From IMG/VR virus record IMGVR_UViG_3300017917_003066: 64,000 bases of DNA. The stretch is one strand, 5' to 3'. Under the pieces are notes generated by a model. The model ran no database searches, was not told the origin of the DNA, and saw only the letters and a list, made by a program, of their open reading frames with translations. Shown here one piece after another: positions 50,855 to 61,347 of this stretch (position 1 is the stretch's first letter; each line of letters begins with the position of its first letter). The stretch is from an uncultured virus (IMG/VR IMGVR_UViG_3300017917_003066) (Duplodnaviria; Heunggongvirae; Uroviricota; Caudoviricetes). The position numbers and the translations under genes were made by a program.

Positions 50855-51531
50855 TTAAAATCACCTACTTGAATAGTTTCTTTATTAAAAATAAACACTC
50901 TTATTCCTGAATTTTTAGCATTGTTGAATAGACTTATATCATTAGATGATTTACTCCAAGAATCTTTCCAATTACTTTTAATTACACTATCAATATTTGT
51001 TGTTGATTCTAATATGTTAATGGTTGTTGATATTATACTAATTTTAATAGCATAATTGGTCTTTAACATTTTTAATTTTAGATGTATATCTTCTATATCC
51101 TCAATTAACTCATCTAAATCTTTATATTTGATTTTAGAAAAATCAACAACATAACAACCCCATTCCCATTGTGGATAATCCTCAATCTCATCGGTTCTAT
51201 CCGATAATGGTTGTAAGCAATCTAAAACATCTCGATGATTTGTATTTATAGAATAGGCATCAAAGAAAGACTCTTGTGAACCATCGTATATAACATCGGC
51301 AAAGTACTCTGAGTAATCTTCAGTAATTGAGTCTATTAGTTCATCTAAAGCACTTTTAGTTCTACTAGAAAATATACCATCACCTGGAGGTGGAACATTT
51401 GCTTTTAGATTAGAATCAATATGTTCTATGAGAGGTTTGAAGAATTCATCCCAATCAACAGGATTAACTAATGGATGTTTGGTCCAAAGTTCCTTCTTAG
51501 ATTCTAATATAAGCTTAGAGAATTTTTTCAT
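50851..51531 (-). CDS. Hypothetical, probable virion protein
   Basis: MKKFSKLILE N-terminus after TTAATATATA. Confidence 0.6.
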   Translation of the reverse strand: MKKFSKLILESKKELWTKHPLVNPVDWDEFFKPLIEHIDSNLKANVPPPGDGIFSSRTKSALDELIDSITEDYSEYFADVIYDGSQESFFDAYSINTNHRDVLDCLQPLSDRTDEIEDYPQWEWGCYVVDFSKIKYKDLDELIEDIEDIHLKLKMLKTNYAIKISIISTTINILESTTNIDSVIKSNWKDSWSKSSNDISLFNNAKNSGIRVFIFNKETIQVGDFN

Positions 51532-51556
51532 CTCTTTATATATTAAGATTCAAAAG

Positions 51557-51988
51557 TTATTCTTCGTCTAGGATTTTATTTATAATATTTTGTCTTCTAG
51601 TTGATGGATCACTCATGAAATTACCTCTTATTCTATAAGATTTTGGTTGTGAAATTCCAGGCGCATTTGAAATTATCATTTGATTAGTATGTATTGAATA
51701 TATTATAAAAAAATCATCAGAGTGACTAGTCATAAGAGTCTTAAAATCATCAATAGAATTTATTTGCATTGTCATAGATGAATAACTACGACCTTTATAT
51801 TCAAATGATGGAGAATCAGATATATAATACACTCTATCTTCTATTAAGTGTACAATACTCATTAACTCAACAGGATCAATAACTGTGTATTGTGGAGAGA
51901 AAGAAGTCATTTGAGAATCTTTCATCAACATATTTGTGAATATAGTTTGTATTCTATCCTCTTTAGGTAGGTTAAGTACTTCTATCAT
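51557..51988 (-). CDS. Hypothetical protein with C-terminal motif
   Basis: Ends RRQNIINKILDEE. Confidence 0.6.
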   Translation of the reverse strand: MIEVLNLPKEDRIQTIFTNMLMKDSQMTSFSPQYTVIDPVELMSIVHLIEDRVYYISDSPSFEYKGRSYSSMTMQINSIDDFKTLMTSHSDDFFIIYSIHTNQMIISNAPGISQPKSYRIRGNFMSDPSTRRQNIINKILDEE

Positions 51989-51991
51989 ATA

Positions 51992-52648
51992 TTATTTTCT
52001 CTTTGTGATGATTTCATCAATCATTCCGTACTTCTTAGCATCAACAGCTGTCATCCAATAATCTCTATCACCGTCTTTACTAACTCTATCATATGATTGT
52101 CCAGTTCTATCTGATATTATTTCATAAAGTTCTTTCTTTAAAGAGTTAATTTCTTTTGCTTCAATTTCCATATCAGAGGCTTGTTGCATCCAACCACCGA
52201 ATCCTAATGGTTGGTGAATCATGGTTCTACTTCTTTTAAGTGCTTTCCTTTTACCCTTGGTACCTGCGCACAAAATAACAGCACCCATAGAAGCCGCCAA
52301 TCCTGTATTAATTGTTACGATATCAGGAGTTACATATTCCATAACATCCAAAAGACCTAAACCTGAATAAACAGAACCTCCTGGACTATCAATATAAATT
52401 TTGATATCTTCATCACTTTCAGTTTCTAAATAAAGAAGTTGAGCTTTTATTATAGAACAAACATCTGAGTCTATTTCATCTGAAAGAAAGATGATTCTTT
52501 CATCTAATAGTTTTGTGAATATATCAACAGACACGCCGTTTGATTCCATGATATGAGTTGTATAATTTTTCTTTTGTAATTTTCTGAAGTAATCATCAAA
52601 TTTGGAGCCACCTAGACTTTGAATTGCATATTTTCTAAAATCGTTCAT
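51992..52648 (-). CDS. clpP: Clp protease proteolytic subunit
   Basis: SPGGSV, AASMG, MIHQP, DRDYWM. Confidence 0.95.
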   Translation of the reverse strand: MNDFRKYAIQSLGGSKFDDYFRKLQKKNYTTHIMESNGVSVDIFTKLLDERIIFLSDEIDSDVCSIIKAQLLYLETESDEDIKIYIDSPGGSVYSGLGLLDVMEYVTPDIVTINTGLAASMGAVILCAGTKGKRKALKRSRTMIHQPLGFGGWMQQASDMEIEAKEINSLKKELYEIISDRTGQSYDRVSKDGDRDYWMTAVDAKKYGMIDEIITKRK

Positions 52649-52749
52649 TTATTAAGGTCTTTTTTATTTTTATAAAAAAATGTAACTAAAGTTTAAATGT
52701 AAAAAGTGAATACGGAGATTTAATATATAACTAAAAATAAACTAATAAT

Positions 52750-53076
52750 ATGAAAACTACAATAGAAATTAAAGGATATCAAATAGTTATTGATGAGTCT
52801 GAAGAAATGGTTGTTGTTACAGCTGTTAAAGATGATGAAACTATTGAAGAATTTTCTTTAGATTTAACTGAAGGTTCTGAAGAATCTGAGGGTGAAGAAG
52901 GTATCAGATCATTTGATGATTTTGGTGGCGAAGAAGAAGATTTCGGTGGTGAAGATGATGAACTTCAAGATGAAATCCAAGATGAGATCCAAGATGAGAT
53001 CGAAGATGAAGATGATGAAGAGGAAAATGAGTCTGCTTTAGAATCTTTTCAATCGTTCATCAATAAAAAGAAGTAA
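52750..53076 (+). CDS. Highly acidic protein (scaffold/core-like)
   Basis: E/D-rich; ends LESFQSFINKKK. Confidence 0.6.
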   Translation: MKTTIEIKGYQIVIDESEEMVVVTAVKDDETIEEFSLDLTEGSEESEGEEGIRSFDDFGGEEEDFGGEDDELQDEIQDEIQDEIEDEDDEEENESALESFQSFINKKK

Positions 53077-53082
53077 TTAATA

Positions 53083-54156
53083 ATGGTTAAAAAGTTTAAT
53101 ACTTTTATAAAGGAATCTAATGATTCTGATTATCTACTTTATTATGCATTTGACTGGGATGATAATATCCTTAGAATGCCTACTAAAATCCATATGGAAA
53201 AATTAGTAGATGGTGAGTGGATTCCTACTCAAGTATCTACTGCTGAATTCGCAGAGGTTAGAAATGATAAAACTAACTGGAGAATAAATTATGATACTGC
53301 TTTTATCGAGTTTAGAGATCAAGGTGAAAGAGGAGATTTAGCATTTTTAGAAGATGTTAAATCAGCAATTTCTCAAGGTAGATTTGGTCCAGCTTGGGAT
53401 GACTTTATTGAATGTTTATCTACAGGTTCTTTATTTGCCATCATAACAGCTCGTGGTCACGAATCAGATGCTATGAGAAAAGGTATAGAATGGATTATAG
53501 ATAATGTTCTTACAGAAGATCAAATATATTCAATGTATAATCATTTAATGAAATATGCTTATCATTTTAGTGATGATAGAGGTGATTCATATGATAGAAT
53601 ACTAAAAGGTCAACCATCTAAAAATAAATTAGTTCAAGAATATCTTGATAATTGTGATTTTGTTGGTGTATCATCACCATCTAGAGGTGGTTCTCCTGAT
53701 AATCCTGAAAAGGCTAAAGAAGATGCTTTATTATTATTCCAAGATAAAGTAGATGATTATGCTCAACAACTTGGAAGAAAAGCTAAAATTGGTTTTTCTG
53801 ATGATGACTTGAAGAATGTTAAACATATAGAAGATTTATATGCTAATCTACACAAAGAAAGATTTCCAAATATCATACAGTTTAGTGTTAAGGGTACTAA
53901 AGATCCTGAAAACATCACTAAAACTATTAGAACTATGGAGTCTAAAATTAATGAAACATCTCAACAAACTCCAGGAATGGAATCATCTGTTCTTAAATTT
54001 ACACAATTTGGAAATATGACAGCTCATCTTTATCCAGAGGGTCAAGACCAAAGACAGGATGATGGAGCTAACGCTTTTAGAAGAGCTACTAAGTATCTAT
54101 CTAAAACTTCTAAAGATATAATGAAAGACAAAAAGTCTAAAAAGAAGAGAGATTAA
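53083..54156 (+). CDS. HAD-like phosphatase-fold protein
   Basis: FDWDDNI, ITARG, FSDDD. Confidence 0.65.
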   Translation: MVKKFNTFIKESNDSDYLLYYAFDWDDNILRMPTKIHMEKLVDGEWIPTQVSTAEFAEVRNDKTNWRINYDTAFIEFRDQGERGDLAFLEDVKSAISQGRFGPAWDDFIECLSTGSLFAIITARGHESDAMRKGIEWIIDNVLTEDQIYSMYNHLMKYAYHFSDDRGDSYDRILKGQPSKNKLVQEYLDNCDFVGVSSPSRGGSPDNPEKAKEDALLLFQDKVDDYAQQLGRKAKIGFSDDDLKNVKHIEDLYANLHKERFPNIIQFSVKGTKDPENITKTIRTMESKINETSQQTPGMESSVLKFTQFGNMTAHLYPEGQDQRQDDGANAFRRATKYLSKTSKDIMKDKKSKKKRD

Positions 54157-54201
54157 TTCTCTCTTTTTTATTTTAAATAATCCTTGTTTAATATATACTG
54201 T

Positions 54202-56043
54202 ATGAGATTTTTATCTAACTATTTAGATTTTATTTTTGAAGCTGTTGCTAAAAAAGAAATGCGTCTTTATTATTCTGATGAGTTTAGAACTATGCTTAGA
54301 AGAGTTGACAATTCAATATCTACAGTTCTTTTAGGATCAGAAGATTCCAATCAAATGTTAGATGTTTATACCTTAATTGATATAACTGATAAAAATGATA
54401 CAATATCTTTAATACAAGTAAATAGGATTTTAAGAGACAATCCAGATTTAGGTGAAACACTACCATATAATATTCGCGATAGGAAAAGAGGTAGTGAGTT
54501 TTGGACTAAAGCCAGAACAGAAATGAAAATAGGTAGATGGGTAAAAAGAATATTCACAGAAGTTCACAAATCACAGATTAATGACACAGATATTGAAAAG
54601 TTTGTTAACTCATATAAGTCTACCTTTGATGGTGGTGACCTTTCTAATTTTGAAATCGTTAAAGGTGATGATATAAAAAAATGGTATCACGAAGCAAGAT
54701 ATGAAATGTCAAGGGGTCAATTAGGAAACTCCTGTATGAGATATGGAAGTTGTCAAGACTATTTTGATATTTATACTAAAAATCCAGAAGTTTGTAGTTT
54801 GTTGATTTTAAAATCAACAGATAAACCTGAGAAAATAGTTGGCAGATCTTTACTTTGGGAACTTAAAGATGGTAGAAAATATCAAGATAGAATCTATACT
54901 ATAAAGGATTCTGATATGTTACTATTTGAAGCATGGGGTAGAAAAAACAACTATCTACTATTCAATGGTGGTAATTATGGTCTAGAAGTTCAATTAGGGA
55001 ATCATGAATATAGTAAATATCCTTATATGGATACATTTTGTGCTTATAATCCAAAAACAAAGATTCTAGCAGATGATGAAGAATTGTGGCCCACAGAAGG
55101 TTACTATCTATTACAAGACACAAACGGTGGTTATCGTTCTGATGATGTTGTTTGGTCTGATTGGTGTGATGAATACATTCCTAAAGATACCGCTGTTAGA
55201 TGTGTAAATGTTAATGATTGGTTACCTAAAGATGAAGCAAAGTACTTAAAATATAAAGATATTTGGGTTGCTCCTGATGGAGATGATGTTGTTTGGTCTG
55301 ACTACTATGAAGAATATTACATGATGGATGATTGTGTTTACTCAGAGTTGATGAGTGATTGGTTATTTACTAATAATGAAAATGTAATAGAGGTTAATAT
55401 AAGTTCAGATGGTGACACCGATTGGTGTGTTAAATCAAAAACAGAATTATATATTAAGGTAGGTGATGATTATTACTCTAGAAAAGATTGTGTAAAAGAT
55501 CCATTTTCAGGAGAGTGGAAATTTAAGACAAGTGACTATGAAAAAGAGTTAGACGAGAAGCTAATGAAGGAGTTTGGAATTGAAAGAAATGATAACACTC
55601 TTGATAGAAGAGGAAACCCTACTACTAAGGTAATTGATGACGTTAGATCTGACTTGAAAGAGAGACTACTTAATGTTGAACTAACAGATGATATTAAGAA
55701 TGTCATTGAAGATGATAAAGTTTATAAAGAAAGTATTAGAGGTGTGTATTGGGGATTAAATAAAGAGGATAACCCTACACCAGAAGATATGTTTGATATA
55801 ATAAAATCATTTATGATAGCCAAATCAACAAGTGGTTATAACACAACAACTTTTTACTACATCTTGATGGAAGGTTATAAAGAATATTCTCACCGTCGAC
55901 CAATGACAAAAAGTCCTGAAAAAAGATTTCAAATTTTTTACTCAGCAGGAATGATGAGACTTATGATTAAGTTTTGTCAATCTTTTGATTATAGTTTATT
56001 CTCAGACGATATCTATAAGAGATATTTATTCACCACTATCTAA
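54202..56043 (+). CDS. Hypothetical phage protein (SCM motif; internal DDVVWSD repeats), start revised
   Basis: LGNSCMRY, YPYMDT; TTAATATATA 4 nt upstream. Confidence 0.6.
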   Translation: MRFLSNYLDFIFEAVAKKEMRLYYSDEFRTMLRRVDNSISTVLLGSEDSNQMLDVYTLIDITDKNDTISLIQVNRILRDNPDLGETLPYNIRDRKRGSEFWTKARTEMKIGRWVKRIFTEVHKSQINDTDIEKFVNSYKSTFDGGDLSNFEIVKGDDIKKWYHEARYEMSRGQLGNSCMRYGSCQDYFDIYTKNPEVCSLLILKSTDKPEKIVGRSLLWELKDGRKYQDRIYTIKDSDMLLFEAWGRKNNYLLFNGGNYGLEVQLGNHEYSKYPYMDTFCAYNPKTKILADDEELWPTEGYYLLQDTNGGYRSDDVVWSDWCDEYIPKDTAVRCVNVNDWLPKDEAKYLKYKDIWVAPDGDDVVWSDYYEEYYMMDDCVYSELMSDWLFTNNENVIEVNISSDGDTDWCVKSKTELYIKVGDDYYSRKDCVKDPFSGEWKFKTSDYEKELDEKLMKEFGIERNDNTLDRRGNPTTKVIDDVRSDLKERLLNVELTDDIKNVIEDDKVYKESIRGVYWGLNKEDNPTPEDMFDIIKSFMIAKSTSGYNTTTFYYILMEGYKEYSHRRPMTKSPEKRFQIFYSAGMMRLMIKFCQSFDYSLFSDDIYKRYLFTTI

Positions 56044-56367
56044 CAAATCATCAAGCTTTTTAGCTCTAGTTTCTTGAGTAGTATCATTTGAGCCTGATTC
56101 CCATTTTATTTTATAAGTTCTAATAAATTCTTTACCCTCTTCAAGTGTTTTGAATTCTTTACCACATCTAACAACATTATCAAATGTAGCTTCTTGTGCG
56201 TATCCACATATCTCAGATGTTAAATTAATCTTATTACTAGTAGTATTAGTATTATATGAAATCAAATAATACTTCCATTCAACTTTTTTAGTTGAGAATA
56301 TACCATAAATTCCTAAATTTGAATGGTCTTTTAGTTTCTCTTCATATAGAAATCTACCCTTTTCCAT
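56026..56367 (-). CDS. Hypothetical protein with C-terminal motif
   Basis: Ends TRAKKLDDLLDSGE. Confidence 0.6.
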   Translation of the reverse strand: MEKGRFLYEEKLKDHSNLGIYGIFSTKKVEWKYYLISYNTNTTSNKINLTSEICGYAQEATFDNVVRCGKEFKTLEEGKEFIRTYKIKWESGSNDTTQETRAKKLDDLLDSGE

Positions 56368-56600
56368 TATTTTATAACTTTATCAATTTTAATGTCTCTT
56401 TCAATTGCTTCTTTATTTTGGTGATACCAAACACGAAAATCATGAGAGTAGTAGATAAACTCTTTTACAGAACCATCTTCATTTGTTTCAGCCATACAAG
56501 TTTGACCAAAGATAAAGTTATTAAAACTTTTTTTCCAGATTTCTGGAATATCGGAATCTCTAACATCTCTACCACTATCGTAAACTTCTTTTAAATTCAT
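56367..56600 (-). CDS. Hypothetical protein with C-terminal motif
   Basis: Ends ERDIKIDKVIK; host promoter 56605-56612. Confidence 0.6.
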   Translation of the reverse strand: MNLKEVYDSGRDVRDSDIPEIWKKSFNNFIFGQTCMAETNEDGSVKEFIYYSHDFRVWYHQNKEAIERDIKIDKVIK

Positions 56601-56671
56601 AGTACAAATATACTGATTTTTTTAATTATATCATTAATAAACTAAGTAGTTTTTTATTAATATATCATGTA

Positions 56672-57865
56672 ATGGACAAATTATATGTAAATGGTTTAAT
56701 TCAGAACATTCTTAACAAAGAATTTTCTAATAAACATAAGAGAAGAACTGTTACCTACGAAGATAGGGTGAATATGGCTTGTCCTTATTGTGGTGACTCT
56801 CATAGAAATCAACATGCAAAGAGAGGCAATCTTTATTACAATAGACTTATATACATATGTTTTAACTGTGATAAAAAAACAAATCTTGATAGATTATGCA
56901 AAGACTTCAATGAAGTCTTAGATCCTGATAAAAAGTTAGAAATGATTGAACACTTGAATAGTGTTATGACTTATTCAGACTTTGAAGGTGATTTTGTTGA
57001 TGCTAAATTTGAAGACTTAATTGACTTGTCAGAATTAGAAAGAGTTTTTAGTCAAGACTTAACACCTATATCAGATTTTAGACCTATACAAGTTAATGGA
57101 GGTGTTTACAAGTATTTATGTGGTCGTGGAATTGGACCAGAACTACATAAAAATATTTATCAAGCTAAATACTGGAAAAACGAAGACGAACATGAGTGGA
57201 TAATAGCCATGTTAAATAGGAGAGGTGATAAAGTATTAGGCATGCAGATCAGAAATCTAAAAGAAGGTAGAAGACGTATGTTTAAGATATACAACTATGA
57301 GAATCTTTTAGAATGGGTTAATATAGGAAAAGATGTTGAAGATTATGATATGAGTCAATTGGTTATTTATAATAAACTTTCATATTATTTTAATATCTTG
57401 AATGTTAACTTTATGGATACTATTACAGTTTTCGAAGGTTACTTAGACTCTTTATTTTTTCCAAATTCAATAGGATTAGTAGGTGTTAATACTGACTATA
57501 GGTTTTTAGAAAGTAATAATCTCGATTTAAGATATTTCTTTGATAATGATGAGGCAGGCTATAAGAAGTCGGAAGAAAAAATAAAAGATGGCTTTCCTGT
57601 TTTTCTATGGAAGAAACTATTTGAGGACATTGTTAGCAAAAAGAAAACTGACGATCCTTATAGATTATTACATAGAATAAGCAAAGTAAAAGATATTAAT
57701 AAATTATCAGAACTTGTTCCTAATCCTTATAAAAAGTTAGAACTGGATAACTTTTTTAGCTGTGATGTTTTAGACCTAAAATGGATTCCTAAGTTTAGAA
57801 GAAAAAGAAAATCTGATGAAGAAACTGACTATAATAAAAAGTTCGATTCTTTCAAGAGTCTTTAG
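56672..57865 (+). CDS. DNA primase (T4 gp61-like)
   Basis: CPYCGDS...CFNC zinc finger; TOPRIM FEGYLD, FDND. Confidence 0.88.
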   Translation: MDKLYVNGLIQNILNKEFSNKHKRRTVTYEDRVNMACPYCGDSHRNQHAKRGNLYYNRLIYICFNCDKKTNLDRLCKDFNEVLDPDKKLEMIEHLNSVMTYSDFEGDFVDAKFEDLIDLSELERVFSQDLTPISDFRPIQVNGGVYKYLCGRGIGPELHKNIYQAKYWKNEDEHEWIIAMLNRRGDKVLGMQIRNLKEGRRRMFKIYNYENLLEWVNIGKDVEDYDMSQLVIYNKLSYYFNILNVNFMDTITVFEGYLDSLFFPNSIGLVGVNTDYRFLESNNLDLRYFFDNDEAGYKKSEEKIKDGFPVFLWKKLFEDIVSKKKTDDPYRLLHRISKVKDINKLSELVPNPYKKLELDNFFSCDVLDLKWIPKFRRKRKSDEETDYNKKFDSFKSL

Positions 57866-58326
57866 ATAAATATTCTTTTACTGACTCTTTTCTTAATAGA
57901 CATATAAGTTTTGAAGTCCATGTTTCCTCTTTCATTGTTACAATCTTTACAACAAACTACTAAGTTAACTTGACAATTATTACCACCTTCTGATATTGGT
58001 ATTATATGGTCAGCTGTTGCATTTTCTTTATTTAATTCAGAATCACAATATATGCAATTTACTCCTTCATTTTCATCTAAGAACTCTTTTGCGAATCCAC
58101 TTGTTCTTCTTTTAACATTTTTACCGTTATATTTCAAACCGATGACAACGAAGTCCTCCATTATCTTATATTTTTTTCTAAAAATCTCACACGATTTGTA
58201 TTTTCTATTTAGCCTTACCATCATTTTAATTAGTAATCTCCACTTAAAGTAGGTTTCTTTATCTACCGATAAGAAGTGTGGATGCTCGGCTTTGTATATA
58301 AATTTTAATATTTTAATCAACCTCAT
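57862..58326 (-). CDS. HNH endonuclease
   Basis: CIYC, DHIIP..GG, NLV..CKDCN. Confidence 0.88.
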   Translation of the reverse strand: MRLIKILKFIYKAEHPHFLSVDKETYFKWRLLIKMMVRLNRKYKSCEIFRKKYKIMEDFVVIGLKYNGKNVKRRTSGFAKEFLDENEGVNCIYCDSELNKENATADHIIPISEGGNNCQVNLVVCCKDCNNERGNMDFKTYMSIKKRVSKRIFI

Positions 58327-58408
58327 AATTTTATTTAATTATGATATATATTCTATTTGTCTACTTTCCTAAAATTATATATACACATGAAAAAATAATC
58401 TAATCACT

Positions 58409-58741
58409 ATGGCAAACGAAAAAAAATCGGGAACTGTTACTGAGGTTAAAAAGAAATGGTATGAAACTATTTTTGTAACACCTTACTTAAAAGTTAAATG
58501 GTTTATTCAGGAAATAATTAACATTTATTCAAATAAACCATCTTACTTTTCTAAAAAAAGAATTGAATCTGGAGTGGCTTTTATAATAGCACAATGGGGC
58601 ATGATATTCTTTCTTTTAGAGAAACATTCAACTTTAACAATGGGTGAGTTTTTATTATGGGCCGCTGCTGAATTTGCAGTGTCTGGTTATATAATAAATA
58701 AAATTCAAAGTGAAAAGAAAAATACTGAAGTATCTGAGTAA
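58409..58741 (+). CDS. Two-TM membrane protein (holin-like)
   Basis: Two short TM helices, charged termini. Confidence 0.5.
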   Translation: MANEKKSGTVTEVKKKWYETIFVTPYLKVKWFIQEIINIYSNKPSYFSKKRIESGVAFIIAQWGMIFFLLEKHSTLTMGEFLLWAAAEFAVSGYIINKIQSEKKNTEVSE

Positions 58742-58755
58742 CATTAAACTAAAAC

Positions 58756-58786
58756 AAAAAACCCACTCATTTGAGTGGGTTTTTTT
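58756..58786. terminator. Bidirectional terminator
   Basis: AACCCACTCA-TT-TGAGTGGGTT flanked by A and T runs. Confidence 0.8.
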
Positions 58787-58787
58787 A

Positions 58788-59351
58788 TTATTTACCGAAT
58801 TTCTTTAATCTTGTTTTTCTATAGCTTTTAGATTCAAAAGCATCATCACCTTTTTCAAATTCATCCTCATCAATGTCGTCTAATCCAACATTTCTTTCTC
58901 CTTCTAATTCACCTGTCATTTCATTTTCTTCCTCAGGTGTCATTTTAGGACTACCAGTCTCTAAGTAATCAACTACTTCTTGAGCTGTTTTGAATTTCTT
59001 TTTATCAACATGATACATTTCTGTTTCAGATGGATAGATAATTGAGTGACCGTTATAATCTACCTTATTACCATCAATCTCAGTACCTAACATATCAGCA
59101 AGTTCTTGTAGCTTAGCCATGTATAAGTCACCACCTTCTTCTTCCTCTTCACCGTGATGATAAGCTAATGGTGCATCCTCTTCTGAAGGAACAGTTGTTG
59201 GTGTAATACCTGGTCTTGTTGGTCTAGGTCTTACTGGAGTATCAGGCACCGTTGTGGGCTCTGCTGGTTTAGTAACCGGTGATGGTTGTCCTTCACCCAT
59301 TTCAAATTCTTCGTTAATACCTTTAACAAATTGATTATATCTTTTAATCAT
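58788..59351 (-). CDS. Acidic/Pro-rich probable virion protein
   Basis: MIKRYNQF...INEE N-terminus; late motif upstream. Confidence 0.6.
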   Translation of the reverse strand: MIKRYNQFVKGINEEFEMGEGQPSPVTKPAEPTTVPDTPVRPRPTRPGITPTTVPSEEDAPLAYHHGEEEEEGGDLYMAKLQELADMLGTEIDGNKVDYNGHSIIYPSETEMYHVDKKKFKTAQEVVDYLETGSPKMTPEEENEMTGELEGERNVGLDDIDEDEFEKGDDAFESKSYRKTRLKKFGK

Positions 59352-59391
59352 TTTTATAAATATTGTTTTTTGTATATATTAAATATAATTA

Positions 59392-59883
59392 TTAGCTTTT
59401 TTCACTCAACTCACCAACGACATAATCAATGAATGAATCTAATTCATATTCTAATCCGTTACAAAATTCAAATACATCGTAGTTATCTTCGTTTGACTTT
59501 TTATTAACTGAGTAAAAGTCAGGTGAAACTTGACCATTTGAATAAACAACTATTCTACCTTCTAATCTACCTTCAATCTTTTTACCATTCGGCCAAACTA
59601 AATCAGGAACATATAAAGTTCCTATATAATGTGTTTCATCTCCATAATCTTCAGTTTCAGAATGTTCAAATTTAAAATAGCCATTATCATCTTCAAATAC
59701 AGTTTCATTTTCATCTAAAACCATTTTTTTATGAACCTCTTCTTCTTCACCGGTTTTATGAGCATTTAAGAATTCTTTTTCATCTTCTCTGAGTGAAGAC
59801 ATACCATACTTAGATATCTTATCTAAGATGTCATCAACTCTTTGTTGAGCACTATAACCTTCATATCTCATTAAATGTTTCAT
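59392..59883 (-). CDS. Hypothetical protein (start revised)
   Basis: MKHLMRYE; VDDILDKISKYGMSSL helical motif. Confidence 0.6.
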   Translation of the reverse strand: MKHLMRYEGYSAQQRVDDILDKISKYGMSSLREDEKEFLNAHKTGEEEEVHKKMVLDENETVFEDDNGYFKFEHSETEDYGDETHYIGTLYVPDLVWPNGKKIEGRLEGRIVVYSNGQVSPDFYSVNKKSNEDNYDVFEFCNGLEYELDSFIDYVVGELSEKS

Positions 59884-59911
59884 ATTGTACATTGAGATAT
59901 ATATTTATTTA

Positions 59912-60340
59912 CTAATCACCAATTTTTCCAACTTCTATTTTCCAAGCTCCGCCTGAATTAACCACACCTATGTCATCACACTCAACTATTGATAGATATG
60001 GTGATGTTGGTAAATGTTCATTTAATACTTTATCTCGAATTGTTCTATATAATAGATATATATCTATACCATCAGCTTGATATATAGCTATGTAATTATT
60101 ATTTATAGACTCCCATTCAAAATCTGAATATTCTTTATTTTCTATTATAGATTTAAGTTTGTTATTTCTATTATAACTTTTAACCTCTGTTATCCAACTA
60201 TCCATAAAACAATAAATAAATCCTTTGGATCCATCTTTTGGATGTTTTAGTAGAAAGTCAAAGTCTACACCATTATAAAATTTAACATCAATACCTTTAT
60301 ACTCAACTTTTTCAATCAAGGTCATCAAATAAATCATCAA
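59912..60340 (-). CDS. Hypothetical protein
   Basis: Internal RNNKLKSII motif. Confidence 0.55.
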   Translation of the reverse strand: MMIYLMTLIEKVEYKGIDVKFYNGVDFDFLLKHPKDGSKGFIYCFMDSWITEVKSYNRNNKLKSIIENKEYSDFEWESINNNYIAIYQADGIDIYLLYRTIRDKVLNEHLPTSPYLSIVECDDIGVVNSGGAWKIEVGKIGD

Positions 60341-60542
60341 TTTTTTTGTCTCTTATTTCAGACTTATGTAATTCTATGATTTTGTCATGAAAAAGTTCAT
60401 CATTTTCAAACCTAAACTTAAAGTCATTAAAAGAAGAATTACTCATTTTTAATAATGATATTGATCCTTTTGTTATTTTTCCTTCATTTAATCGTTCATT
60501 AAGATAATCTAAATAATATGGATATATTGGGTCTTTTTTCAT
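60312..60542 (-). CDS. Hypothetical protein with C-terminal motif
   Basis: Ends IRDKKIDDLFDDLD. Confidence 0.6.
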   Translation of the reverse strand: MKKDPIYPYYLDYLNERLNEGKITKGSISLLKMSNSSFNDFKFRFENDELFHDKIIELHKSEIRDKKIDDLFDDLD

Positions 60543-60573
60543 AATTTATATATCCACTTTTAATATATACACT

Positions 60574-61347
60574 ATGAAATTAATAAGAGAATTTGGTAGA
60601 TTTGTAGCTGATTATAAGCCAATAAATCTTTACATAAAAGGACAAAAACCTATAATAATCAATCCTGACAAAGCCAAGGAAAAAGAATTACTTGTAAGGT
60701 CTATAATAAATCAAATATACCCTAACTTTAAAGGAAATAACTCCTTTATTGTTAATGGTGTAATAATAAGCGGTGAGTTATTAAATAAAGCTCAGAAAAA
60801 TATTGCTATACTTTATGAAATAGTTGATATTGCTAAATCGGAAGGAATAATGATAGAAACAGCCGAAGATCTTATTAATTTTATATCGTTAAACAGTCAA
60901 GATCTTTTTCATCCAGATGGTATTTTCTTCGATAGAATTTACACAAGATTAGGTGGTGCTACCACAAAAGGTAAAGAAAAAGAATCAGAATCAGATAATC
61001 TATTTAATAGATATGCAAACAGCAAAGGTATAAAAATACAATTAAAGTCACCTAGTTCATATCAAGAAGATATAGCTGGTGTTGATGCTTATTTTGAACA
61101 TAAAGGAACAAAATATACCATACAAACTAAAACTTTATCAAGTATAACCGAATCCGATACTGATTATATTGTTTATATAAGTGGTTATTTTACTGAAATA
61201 AAAACACATTATTTAGTTTTAATGCCTAAAGATAACTTAGATACAAAATACATCTTCAAAGGTAAAAATGTTAAAACTCTTGTAAATAAAGAAGGTGTAA
61301 ATTACTATTTAATTCCTAAATCAGACTTACTTTACACAGAGGATTAA
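60574..61347 (+). CDS. Possible PD-(D/E)xK-like nuclease
   Basis: EDIAGVDA...IQTK. Confidence 0.45.
   Translation: MKLIREFGRFVADYKPINLYIKGQKPIIINPDKAKEKELLVRSIINQIYPNFKGNNSFIVNGVIISGELLNKAQKNIAILYEIVDIAKSEGIMIETAEDLINFISLNSQDLFHPDGIFFDRIYTRLGGATTKGKEKESESDNLFNRYANSKGIKIQLKSPSSYQEDIAGVDAYFEHKGTKYTIQTKTLSSITESDTDYIVYISGYFTEIKTHYLVLMPKDNLDTKYIFKGKNVKTLVNKEGVNYYLIPKSDLLYTED

Noticed and set aside
55141..55302. 20-nt direct repeat GATGATGTTGTTTGGTCTGA as a DGR or recombination signal
   Set aside because: In-frame internal protein repeat (DDVVWSD); no reverse transcriptase or adenine-specific variation
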